Below, in pieces: positions 55,370 through 64,000 of a stretch of 64,000 bases of DNA (positions are counted from its first letter, which is position 1; every line of letters begins with the position of its first letter). The notes below the pieces were generated by a model. It made no database searches. It was not told where the DNA came from and saw only the letters and a list, made by a program, of their open reading frames with translations. The stretch is from a virus: the IMG/VR virus record IMGVR_UViG_3300020159_001932, positions 32,001 to 96,000 of that record; one strand, 5' to 3'. Made by a program: the position numbers and the translations under genes.

Positions 55370-55798
55370 CTAAATTTTAGATTTTATGTGGGAGCCATGT
55401 ACACGGACTTGTATATGTCCGTTATAATAATCATCAGATTCTAATACTTTTTGGGTAAATTGTTCTCGAGCCTCTATATAACTGCATTCAGCCTTTGATT
55501 TACAATAAAAAAGTATTTCTCTTTTGAAATTTTCTTTGCCTAGTGATGTGATATCTGCTGTTAAGTTAGGACTGGACCCGTAATATTCCTGCCAGTCGCT
55601 GTCGATTTTGCTTCGAATCTTCTTTTTCTTTTTTGTGCCGTTCTTTAACTTTACAGTCTTGTAGGTCGTTTTACTAAATTTTGCTAACTTTTTGCCTATG
55701 TATTTTTTATTATTGATTAAATTTGTAATGATGTAGACAAATCCTACGCAATCATCTGGTAGTTGTTTAACTTCTTCATTGTTGTATGTCCACGTCAT
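55370..55798 (-). CDS. GIY-YIG endonuclease-family protein (Seg-like), 142 aa
   Basis: GFVYIITNLINNKKYIGKK, YYGSS, FKREIL, E...Q, YYN motifs. Confidence 0.88.
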   Translation of the reverse strand: MTWTYNNEEVKQLPDDCVGFVYIITNLINNKKYIGKKLAKFSKTTYKTVKLKNGTKKKKKIRSKIDSDWQEYYGSSPNLTADITSLGKENFKREILFYCKSKAECSYIEAREQFTQKVLESDDYYNGHIQVRVHGSHIKSKI

Positions 55799-56093
55799 TA
55801 GTTTTTTTTCTAAGATTTGTACCGAGGCCGCTAGTATTTCTATATTTTTGTTTTTTCATTTCTTTACCAAGGGCTTTTTTAATCAGTTTGTCTTCGTTGT
55901 ACGCATCTCTTACTGCTTGTTTGAGTTCTTTTTCAAGTTTGGCTATTTCTTTAATAGACTTACGAACACCTATAGACGAATCAAGACCTAAGTTTTTAAC
56001 AAATATAATATGGTAGTTATGTAAACTTACATGTGCGTCTACATATTTTGAATAAAGTTCTTTATATCGTTCTAAACTTTTATTATTCGACAT
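55776..56093 (-). CDS. Basic hypothetical protein, ~105 aa
   Basis: Likely start MSNNKSLERY at 56093, overlapping the gp46 end. Confidence 0.6.
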   Translation of the reverse strand: MSNNKSLERYKELYSKYVDAHVSLHNYHIIFVKNLGLDSSIGVRKSIKEIAKLEKELKQAVRDAYNEDKLIKKALGKEMKKQKYRNTSGLGTNLRKKTNDVDIQQ

Positions 56094-57864
56094 AGTCTGC
56101 ATTGTTACTATAGCTGGTAAATCCGTTTTCTTTGACCACATGAAGTACACTATTCACTCGTCCCATAAGTTCATCCTTGTGAGAAATCAGGTAAATGTTT
56201 TTATTTCTTTCGCGGGCCATCTTTTTAAGTACCGCCAGTGCGCTTTCAACTCCGGCAGAGTCCATGCCAGCATCAACAAGTTCGTCAATAAACAATAAAT
56301 TAATGCTTTGATACAGTCCTTCCCAGACATCACGGAAGGCAAAACTCATAGATAATATCAATCTATTGCGTTCTCCGCGACTTAAATTATCAAAGTCGAG
56401 GTCTTGTCCAAGTTGAGTAATTTGTACAGTAAGGTCATTTTGAAAAATAACTTGATGCGGTAGTCCTAGCTTATCAATATAATAGGTTAATCGCTTGTTT
56501 AGATAAGTTAAATTTTGATCTATGATTTTTTTTCTTATAAAACTATCTTTATTAGTCAATAACTTGTATAAAAATTCTTGATGATCTTTTAGTTTGGTTA
56601 ATGCATTAATTTTAGTCCAGCTAATTTCTTGAATAGCGGTCTTTTTTAATTCTTCAATCTGTTCGGCATATGGATTAATTTCAACAGCCTTTGCTTCTAA
56701 ACTTTTTTCTAAACTATCTAAATTATTTTTATGTCCAAGTGCTTCGGCTTCGGTTTCGTAGAATGTTGTAGGTTTTCTAGGTAACTCGCCTATTTCTTTG
56801 ATATCGTTGAGTATTTTATTAAGATCAGTTGTTACCTTGTCTAAATAATTATTAGATTCTTCTAAGTTTGTAATTGCAACAGCAGTCATTTCTTCATGTT
56901 TATGGTCATGAAGTTGTTGGTCACAGGCGTGACATGTTTTATTTTCTAGACTCTCAAGATCTTTTATATATTTGTTAACAGTCTTCTGTGCTTGAATTAC
57001 AGCACTCTCAAGTGTAGCCTTCTGCTTATTAAGATCCCTAAGCGTTTTATCATTGGATACCCATAGTTGTAAAGCAACATGTGCCGCTAATTCAGCAGTT
57101 ATATCTACTGATTCAAGATTAACAATGGCTCTTCCTAGATTTTCTAATTCAGTTTGTTGTTTATTTTCCCAGGCACTACTTTTTAGTTGTAAGCTATCGA
57201 TACTTTTTTGAACATTTTCATTGGCAGTTTTGATAGCAGCAATTTTAAGTTCTTCTTCTTGGATAGAATCTTTTGTTTCTTTAATTAGACTTTTAAGTGC
57301 TTCTGCCTTTACACTTAGTATGGTAATTCCTAACAATTGCTCAATAACTTCTCGCTGTTCTGCAGCCTTCATACTAAGAAAAGGTTCAGTATAGGTATTA
57401 AGAGCAACAAGATGTTTGAACATTGTATGACTCATTTCAAGCATTTCTTCAATACTTTTTTGAGTTTCTCTGCTATCACCTTGGCTGTCATCGTCAGTTT
57501 CTTCGGTCTTTAATGGGTTATCATTAATAAAAAGTTTAAGTACATTAGGCTTACGACCCCTTTCTATGCGATATTTGTTCCCACCCTTTTCAAATTCAAC
57601 GGTTACAAGCATACCCTTGCCGTTAATTTTATTGATTAGATTTTCTTTGCGTATGTTAGTCAGAGCTTGGCCATATAAAGCATAACTCAATGCATTGATC
57701 ATTGTAGTTTTTCCGGTGCCATTGCGACTTCCGGTGTCGTCGCCACCAAGGTCGTGGTTAGATCCAAGAACAAGTGTTAGATGTTCTTTATCAAACCCTA
57801 CAGCTTGAGTCTGTGCGCCCACACTCATAAAGTTTTTTACGGTGATATTTTTTAATTTAAACAT
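56083..57864 (-). CDS. gp46: Recombination ATPase, Rad50/SbcC-like (gp46)
   Basis: Walker A NGTGKT, Zn-hook CHAC, signature LSRGE, Walker B LFIDE, ISH. Confidence 0.96.
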   Translation of the reverse strand: MFKLKNITVKNFMSVGAQTQAVGFDKEHLTLVLGSNHDLGGDDTGSRNGTGKTTMINALSYALYGQALTNIRKENLINKINGKGMLVTVEFEKGGNKYRIERGRKPNVLKLFINDNPLKTEETDDDSQGDSRETQKSIEEMLEMSHTMFKHLVALNTYTEPFLSMKAAEQREVIEQLLGITILSVKAEALKSLIKETKDSIQEEELKIAAIKTANENVQKSIDSLQLKSSAWENKQQTELENLGRAIVNLESVDITAELAAHVALQLWVSNDKTLRDLNKQKATLESAVIQAQKTVNKYIKDLESLENKTCHACDQQLHDHKHEEMTAVAITNLEESNNYLDKVTTDLNKILNDIKEIGELPRKPTTFYETEAEALGHKNNLDSLEKSLEAKAVEINPYAEQIEELKKTAIQEISWTKINALTKLKDHQEFLYKLLTNKDSFIRKKIIDQNLTYLNKRLTYYIDKLGLPHQVIFQNDLTVQITQLGQDLDFDNLSRGERNRLILSMSFAFRDVWEGLYQSINLLFIDELVDAGMDSAGVESALAVLKKMARERNKNIYLISHKDELMGRVNSVLHVVKENGFTSYSNNADYVE

Positions 57865-58877
57865 TATAGGTTATTATAAATTTCTAATAATGTGTTTTTG
57901 TCAAACTGCTCAGACTCAACATTAACTAATTCTTGTGCAACAATCTGATCAACACTTTCAAATTTAGCATCGGGGTTATCGTCAATTGTGCCGTCTATGT
58001 TTGTTTTATCTTGTATGAGACTAATTTCTCTAATATCAAATTCATTGATAAATGTTTCTTTGATAAAGTTAGCTTCTTCGTAGCTAATATCAATATCAAG
58101 ATTGACCTTAAAGTGCATCTTATTTTTCATGATGCTGTCTTTTTTATCAATTAACTCTGAGAGTTTAATAGATCGATATTTAGGACAATCGGGCCAATTA
58201 ATAAAGTTTGGTTCCCCGCCCCAGTCTAAAGTCATCATTCCGCGATCATCATCCCACGCATCTGAAAAATTATGTGGAAATGCATTGCCTATGTACACAA
58301 CATTAGTATTTTTTTGCCTTTTATGAAAGTGTCCACTAAAAATGTAATCAGGCCCATTGAAATCTTCAGCACGTAGCTCTCCGTGATCCGGCATTTGAAC
58401 CATTGCATTCATAAAAAATTTGGGCAATTCAAAATGTCCAAAGATGTATTTGCTCTTGACATCTTTCATAGTTTTCCATTCGTCACCTACCAACCACGGT
58501 ACTAAGGTCACATCACCTATGGTAGTTACTTTTTCGACCACAGTGACGCCTGGAATATGTCTGCCAAATGCTGAACTATGAATATCACGCTTGTCTTTGT
58601 AAAACAGATCGTGATTACCCGGAAACCAAAAGAACTGTTCAAATGCAGCACCTAGCTTTTCCAGGCATCGAAGGCTTGTATCTAGTGTAATTAAGTTAAG
58701 ACTGTTACGGTTATGACTCCAGTCTCCGAGGAAGATTGAAGTTTCGCAACCTTCTTTTTTTGCTTCGTCAATAAACCAGTCTACAAACTCTTCGCAATCT
58801 TTTAAATGAGTAGTTGAGTTTGATTTAAGTCCAAAATGAATGTCAGTAAAACACGCGACCTTTTTAAATAAGGGCAT
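57864..58877 (-). CDS. gp47: Recombination nuclease, Mre11/SbcD-like (gp47)
   Basis: DIHFG, GD, GNHD, GHFE, SGHFH phosphoesterase motifs. Confidence 0.96.
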   Translation of the reverse strand: MPLFKKVACFTDIHFGLKSNSTTHLKDCEEFVDWFIDEAKKEGCETSIFLGDWSHNRNSLNLITLDTSLRCLEKLGAAFEQFFWFPGNHDLFYKDKRDIHSSAFGRHIPGVTVVEKVTTIGDVTLVPWLVGDEWKTMKDVKSKYIFGHFELPKFFMNAMVQMPDHGELRAEDFNGPDYIFSGHFHKRQKNTNVVYIGNAFPHNFSDAWDDDRGMMTLDWGGEPNFINWPDCPKYRSIKLSELIDKKDSIMKNKMHFKVNLDIDISYEEANFIKETFINEFDIREISLIQDKTNIDGTIDDNPDAKFESVDQIVAQELVNVESEQFDKNTLLEIYNNL

Positions 58878-58922
58878 CTAATTATTCTCCTATAATAACT
58901 TTAACAGTTTTAGAGATAAAAG

Positions 58923-59840
58923 TCAAGCTCCTGCTTCGCTGTCTTCGTCAAGTTCTTCTTCCAGACTAACTTCTTCACTTTTAGGCATTCGCATGTTCTT
59001 GTACAATTCTGCCTGTCGTGCAATCTCTTCTGCGTATTCTTGGCTGTTTTGCCGTGTTAGGCTAGGAGTTAATCCGGCTTCTTCTAAGAGGTCATCGCGG
59101 ATGTTTTGACTTTTCTTTTCAATATTAAGAATGCGAGTAAATGAATTTGTAACCGCTGCGGTGTAATATGCAAACGGGTTTTCAGATTTACTTTCGTCAA
59201 ACTGTAGACCAATTTGACTTAGCTGTAGAATAGCCTGGCCCTTCATTTCTTCAATGTAGGTATATCCTCTCCAATTGCTACGTTGTGCATAACGTTCGCT
59301 TAGTTTGATAAACATTCTTCCTAGGTTTTCTGTAATTCGCCCGTGATCTTTGCTAAAATGTCCAGTTTCAATTGGACCTTTCCAGTGACTTTTACCTACG
59401 CAAACTAACTGATCATTTTCATCAAACTTCCAATGCTGGAAGGGCGGAAAGTTAATTTTATCGTGTGCATCAGCAGTGCTCTTAACCGTTTTTTTCCTGC
59501 CGGGTGCCTGCGGAATATGATCAAATGTCATTATTCTTATAACAATATCTTCTTTAGAAATTGTAGTATATACAGGAGTACATTCTGCAAGTTTAATTTT
59601 TTTGTCGCCGCTATTTCTTGCCAATGCAAATGCCTGCATTCCTAAACGTTTGGCCCGATTTCGTTTTGCCTCTGCAACCGTACGAATATTAACTTTGTCT
59701 AATGTTGGTAAAATAATATCGTACTGCTGATACTCAGGGTTTGTAAAACTTGAATATGAACATTTGCTTCGGTGTATTTCTGCTAACAGGTCTCGATTGT
59801 TTAAATATTTGGTTTTTCTTACTGTCGGAAAAAGAGTCAT
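58923..59840 (-). CDS. gp55: Late-transcription sigma factor (gp55-like)
   Basis: YLNNRDLL, NWRGYTY.EEM, FDESKSENPFAYYT....NSF.R.LN.EKK motifs. Likely start is ATG 59840. Confidence 0.9.
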   Translation of the reverse strand: MTLFPTVRKTKYLNNRDLLAEIHRSKCSYSSFTNPEYQQYDIILPTLDKVNIRTVAEAKRNRAKRLGMQAFALARNSGDKKIKLAECTPVYTTISKEDIVIRIMTFDHIPQAPGRKKTVKSTADAHDKINFPPFQHWKFDENDQLVCVGKSHWKGPIETGHFSKDHGRITENLGRMFIKLSERYAQRSNWRGYTYIEEMKGQAILQLSQIGLQFDESKSENPFAYYTAAVTNSFTRILNIEKKSQNIRDDLLEEAGLTPSLTRQNSQEYAEEIARQAELYKNMRMPKSEEVSLEEELDEDSEAGA

Positions 59841-59864
59841 CTTATTATTGTTATCCTTTGAGTT

Positions 59865-59892
59865 AGTATAACACATGTATACACTGTGTCAA
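59865..59892 (-). promoter_or_regulatory. Host sigma70-type promoter TTGACA-16 nt-TATACT with extended -10 TG
   Basis: Minus strand reads TTGACA cagtgtatacatgtgt TATACT upstream of gp55-gp47-gp46. Confidence 0.72.
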
Positions 59893-59911
59893 CCATATTA
59901 AGTTAGCATTT

Positions 59912-59928
59912 TATTTATTGGGTAAATA
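59912..59928. promoter_or_regulatory. Back-to-back late boxes AATAAATA (-) and GGTAAATA (+)
   Basis: tatttatt g ggtaaata between the divergent gp55 and baseplate genes. Confidence 0.6.
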
Positions 59929-59946
59929 GTAGATAGAGGAAAGAAA

Positions 59947-60846
59947 ATGGCAGATCCAACCAACCCACCAACTAACCCGATTGCGTCTGCAATCGCAAGT
60001 CAAAACAAAATGAAGAATCCTGTGATTTTAGGAGAAGGTCTGCCTCCACTAACTGAGGCCTCAAAAGCATATGTAGCTGTAAATTCTCGAATGGCAGATC
60101 TTTCAAGGGGACCGGTAAGAGACCTTGGCAATATTGAATTTGGTGCAACACCTCAGCAAACAACTGCTGCTACAACAGTTGATGTTAGAAGTTTGCCCGG
60201 AAATTCTGTTGTAACAAATTCTGACAAGGATATGCGAGTTAAAATTCGTGTGCCATCAAATTATATCACACCGTTAACAGAAGGATCTTCGGATAAAGAG
60301 TTGTCGGGATTAAGGTTTGGAGGGATTATTTTTCCTTATACACCGCAGATATCATATGAGCACAAAGCCGAGTATACTACCCAACAACCGTTGCACAGTA
60401 ACTATGCAATAAATTTTTATAAAAACAGTTCGATAAGTGACATTACTATTACTGGAAAATTTACAGTTCAAAATGAAAAAGAAGGATTGATATACCTTGC
60501 AACTGTTAGATTACTAAGAGCACTTACCAAAATGCGTTGGGGTGGAAAAATTGGAGACCCAGATAGCGGTGCACCACCGCCTGTTTGTAGATTAGACGGT
60601 TATGGAGAATTTCTTTTTAAGAATGTTCCTGTGGTTATCCACTCATTTAAAAATGATCTATCAGACGACGTGGACTTTTTCACAGTTGGCAAAGATGGAA
60701 ATGGGCCGTTTGGTCTAAACAGTGTTCCTACTAGGTCGACTATATCAGTGACCTGTAAAGTAGCATACAGCAGAGCAGAAATGCAAGAAATTTCTGTTAC
60801 CAAATATTTAGATCCAAAAGCTCTAAGAGGTAAAGGATACTTATAA
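59947..60846 (+). CDS. Baseplate/tail-tube initiator-type protein (gp48/gp54-like)
   Basis: IFPYTPQI, HSNY, ITITGKFT, GAPPPVCRL.GYG..FKNVPVVI motifs. Precedes a LysM-like wedge gene. Confidence 0.65.
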   Translation: MADPTNPPTNPIASAIASQNKMKNPVILGEGLPPLTEASKAYVAVNSRMADLSRGPVRDLGNIEFGATPQQTTAATTVDVRSLPGNSVVTNSDKDMRVKIRVPSNYITPLTEGSSDKELSGLRFGGIIFPYTPQISYEHKAEYTTQQPLHSNYAINFYKNSSISDITITGKFTVQNEKEGLIYLATVRLLRALTKMRWGGKIGDPDSGAPPPVCRLDGYGEFLFKNVPVVIHSFKNDLSDDVDFFTVGKDGNGPFGLNSVPTRSTISVTCKVAYSRAEMQEISVTKYLDPKALRGKGYL

Positions 60847-61145
60847 TGTCTGAGTACAAAAGAACTAGTCCGTATTATATAACACAACAAGGAACATCAT
60901 ATCTTGATGTAATGACATGGCGAACTGTTCCTGCAGAAGTGGACGATATCTTGTTCACGGTTACCGCAAGTTATGAAAACAGGCCTGATTTATTAGCATT
61001 TGATCTTTACAACGATGTTGATCTATGGTGGGTATTCTCAGCAAGAAACCCGTCTATATTAAAAGATCCTGTGTTTGATTTAAAACCAGGTATAAAAATT
61101 TATCTTCCTAAATTAACCTCAATGAAGAAAACCTTAGGAATTTAA
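60846..61145 (+). CDS. gp53: Baseplate wedge protein (gp53/LysM-like)
   Basis: RPDLLAFDLY....LWWVF...N....DP..D..PG..IYLP. Confidence 0.85.
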   Translation: MSEYKRTSPYYITQQGTSYLDVMTWRTVPAEVDDILFTVTASYENRPDLLAFDLYNDVDLWWVFSARNPSILKDPVFDLKPGIKIYLPKLTSMKKTLGI

Positions 61146-61146
61146 T

Positions 61147-64000
61147 ATGTCTAATACTCCTATTGAAAGAAGAACAACAACATCAAATAACACACCTGTA
61201 ACATCTAATAAAGATACAGGGCCTGGAGTTAATGTTCTTCACAAATACAGATCCTTTACCTATAATTTTACACTTGCGGCACTAAGAAAAGCCGAAGCGT
61301 TTGATCCTAAAACTTATAGAGATAGCACATTAGATTTAGTTATTTTAAAATCTGGTGGCAAAGGCCCTGCTAGTATTACTCCTAACGTGGTTCCTGTGGA
61401 CCGAGAAGAAGAAGTTAAAAAAGAAACTGTCAAGACTGAAACCAAGGGAATATTTTTTAAGAAAACTGTAACAACTGTAACGACATCTACAGAAACAGTG
61501 CCTTACAAAGATTATACTGGTTCTGCATTGGTACAAGGGTTTAATGAAAATAGTCCCGGTCGGTTTGATATGTTTATGGACAATATTGAAATTGAAACAT
61601 TAATGACTGCCGGCGGCGCCCAAGGAGTTTCTCAACCAACTACTCTTACATTTGATGTAGTAGAGCCATACAGTATCAACGGGTTTGTTCAAGCGTTACA
61701 TGTTGCATCAATTGCCGCAGGTTATCCAACTTATACCCAAGCAGTATTCGTTTTAAAGATGGAGTTTTGCGGATATCCCGACGGCGATTCTTTTTCACCT
61801 CCGGTAATTGAACCCAAAGGAACACGATATTTTCCAATAACATTAACTGGATTAGAAGTAACCATCGACGAAAAAGGAACAAAATATCAAGTTAAGGCCA
61901 TTGCTGCAAATGAAAGAGGATTCGGCAATCCTAGTGAAATAAAAAAATCTGTAAAAATATCTGGCGGAGATGTAAAATCTATTTTGACTAATTTAGCAGA
62001 TGGTGTAACTAAACAGGCAAGAGAAGAAAATGCCGAGATTAAAAAAAATAAAGCAGATGCTAATCAACACGATATATACAAAGTTAAATTTCCTTCATGG
62101 GTTGAAGGGAAGGGCTGGGATAACGCCGCGGTTAATAAGATTGGACAAGCAAAGGTAACTGAACTTCTTAAAGATAATGCGCTATACAAATTTCCCGATC
62201 CTGGAGAAGAAAGAAAGCCCACAGCTAACCAGCCTAAAGGACAGCAAACTCCAACTCCTCAACAAAACGCAAAACAACCTGAATCTTTTAAATTGGAACC
62301 AACCAATCCTGTTGCACAGTTTTCAGAAGGGAAAAATATACACGAGTGTATTACGGCAATTATAAAAGATAGTAAGTATGTAAGAGATATTGTTGAAAAA
62401 TTAAGTTCCCCGTCTGAATGGCGTAATGTAGTCGATGACAACGACATGGTCAATTATTTTATGGTCAAGCTAGAAGTTGAAAATCAAGAAGCAATTGATT
62501 TAGATAAAAAGCGTCCATATCAAATTTTTACCTATGTAGTGACTCCTTATAAAATTCTGTACACACGCATTCCTAATTACGGTAGCGAACAGATTGATAT
62601 AGAAAAATTAACAAAGTTGTGTCAACGTCAGTATAATTACATCTATACAGGTAATAACTTAGACATAATAAACTTTAAATTAAATTTTAATACTCTATTC
62701 TTTGAAGCGTTACCTACATCTTTAGGTAATACTAAATCACCGCCTTCAAGAGAGGCCGCTGCGCCTGGCAATAATAGTTCAGTTCAACGAAATCCTCCTA
62801 AACTACAAGATTTAGAAAATAGAGGACTCCCAGCAGCCCCTGTGCAGTCAACAGCAAGAGATACATCCGTTGATAGAGACGCCGGAAATCAAACACAACG
62901 AGATCCTTATTACGCAATGGCCAAGTCTATGCATAGTGCCATTACAGATTCAAAAGCTAGTATGTTAACTGGCGAGGTAGATATCCTAGGTGATCCTTTT
63001 TACTTAGTTACTGGCGGAATAGGAAATTATAATCCAGAACCAGAGAGCAAGGAAAATAATAGGACCACCAAAGATGGCGAAGCTACTTTTAACTACGGTG
63101 AAGTATTAATTAGAATCAATTTTAGAAACCCAATTGATATACAACCCCTTAAAAATGGCGGAACAATGTTTTTTGATCCTAAGTTAGTTCCTTTTAGCGG
63201 AGTTTACAGAGTTACAAAAGCAAAATCAACATTTAAAGATGGCATGTTCCGTCAAGCCCTGGAGGTTATTAGACAACCTGGACAACCTGCTCCTGAAGAA
63301 GTTCCTAACAACGATGGAAAAAATGCTCCTTCTAATCCTAGTGAAAGAGTAGATAGTCTACCTGAAATGAGAGATACAGTAAAAGCAGATGTTACTCCTG
63401 CCGCAGTTGATGCGCCTGGTCAACGTCCAGATACAATAAACTTACTTGAACAACAATCAAGGTCGTTGCCAAGTCCTGGTCTGCCTGGGCAATTAAGTAA
63501 CTTTACAGCAGCAACTGGCGGTCTTGGCGGAACTATTCCAGTAGCATCTGTTAGTGGTGCAGTAACAAATCCATTGTCGGGTATAACTCGATTAGCAACA
63601 CAGGCATATGGAGGAGTTGTTCCCGGAGGATTGAATCAATCAGCTGGGGGAATTCGATTGCAGGCCCGTGCCGCTGTGGGTTTAAGAAATCAAGTGTTGA
63701 GCCCTGCAGGATTAATTACACAAATTGGTCAATCTGTTTCTAAATCTTTTGGACTAACTGGTGCAGCCGGGTCATTGGTAAATCAAGTAGTAGGAATTGC
63801 AACAGAAAAAATTAGACGTTCAAGTGTTCTAGGATCAGGAATTGGCGCCGGTGCCACGGTGCAGTTTGTGACCAATACTCTAAGTAAAGACAGTACAATT
63901 GGTCAGCAAAATCAATTTTTTGCAGAACCGGTTACAGCAATTCCTACAACAGGACTAGCACAAGGGCTAGATAGAAATACATTAGCAGCAGTCGCAGGAT
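61147..64000 (+). CDS. Large baseplate hub-type protein, runs off the window end
   Basis: Absent from the track because no stop is reached. ATG 61147 gives MSNTPIERRT...NVLHKYRSFTYNFTL, F.VVEPYS, YNYIYTGNN.DI, ILGDPFYL, FSGVYRV. Follows the gp53-like gene. Confidence 0.7.
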   Translation, partial: MSNTPIERRTTTSNNTPVTSNKDTGPGVNVLHKYRSFTYNFTLAALRKAEAFDPKTYRDSTLDLVILKSGGKGPASITPNVVPVDREEEVKKETVKTETKGIFFKKTVTTVTTSTETVPYKDYTGSALVQGFNENSPGRFDMFMDNIEIETLMTAGGAQGVSQPTTLTFDVVEPYSINGFVQALHVASIAAGYPTYTQAVFVLKMEFCGYPDGDSFSPPVIEPKGTRYFPITLTGLEVTIDEKGTKYQVKAIAANERGFGNPSEIKKSVKISGGDVKSILTNLADGVTKQAREENAEIKKNKADANQHDIYKVKFPSWVEGKGWDNAAVNKIGQAKVTELLKDNALYKFPDPGEERKPTANQPKGQQTPTPQQNAKQPESFKLEPTNPVAQFSEGKNIHECITAIIKDSKYVRDIVEKLSSPSEWRNVVDDNDMVNYFMVKLEVENQEAIDLDKKRPYQIFTYVVTPYKILYTRIPNYGSEQIDIEKLTKLCQRQYNYIYTGNNLDIINFKLNFNTLFFEALPTSLGNTKSPPSREAAAPGNNSSVQRNPPKLQDLENRGLPAAPVQSTARDTSVDRDAGNQTQRDPYYAMAKSMHSAITDSKASMLTGEVDILGDPFYLVTGGIGNYNPEPESKENNRTTKDGEATFNYGEVLIRINFRNPIDIQPLKNGGTMFFDPKLVPFSGVYRVTKAKSTFKDGMFRQALEVIRQPGQPAPEEVPNNDGKNAPSNPSERVDSLPEMRDTVKADVTPAAVDAPGQRPDTINLLEQQSRSLPSPGLPGQLSNFTAATGGLGGTIPVASVSGAVTNPLSGITRLATQAYGGVVPGGLNQSAGGIRLQARAAVGLRNQVLSPAGLITQIGQSVSKSFGLTGAAGSLVNQVVGIATEKIRRSSVLGSGIGAGATVQFVTNTLSKDSTIGQQNQFFAEPVTAIPTTGLAQGLDRNTLAAVAG

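Noticed and set aside
54931-55798. GIY-YIG plus structured RNA as a group I intron
   Set aside because: No interrupted host gene flanks it, and I could not identify P/Q/R/S core elements. Not fully excluded without a covariance search.
1-64000. Alternative genetic code (stop-codon reassignment)
   Set aside because: Core genes are full length in the standard code, and TAA, TAG and TGA all serve as stops.

Overview
This 64-kb, AT-rich window is the virion-morphogenesis region of a large T4-superfamily-like myovirus. It holds tail tube and sheath, neck gp13/gp14/gp15, portal, prohead protease, scaffold, major capsid, tape measure, baseplate genes, gp46/gp47 and a gp55-type late sigma factor, with many (N)NTAAATA late-promoter boxes. 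About 30 kb (10.4-41.8 kb) is a fibre/adhesin/decoration block. No tRNA, rRNA, CRISPR array or transposon was recognised. Five signals stand out. (1) A 2471-aa virion-type protein carries nine ~160-aa repeats that align by eye with the phycobiliprotein globin fold, and all nine keep the bilin-binding C-x-R-D motif. (2) A ~440-nt highly structured non-coding region lies directly behind a GIY-YIG nuclease gene. (3) A candidate -1 frameshift (T TTT TTC) joins the gp26-like and gp51-like ORFs beside the tape measure gene. (4) A four-gene module (Cys-rich protein plus three LamG lectins) is duplicated in tandem. (5) Several late genes appear leaderless. All family calls come from motif recognition by eye; no searches were run.
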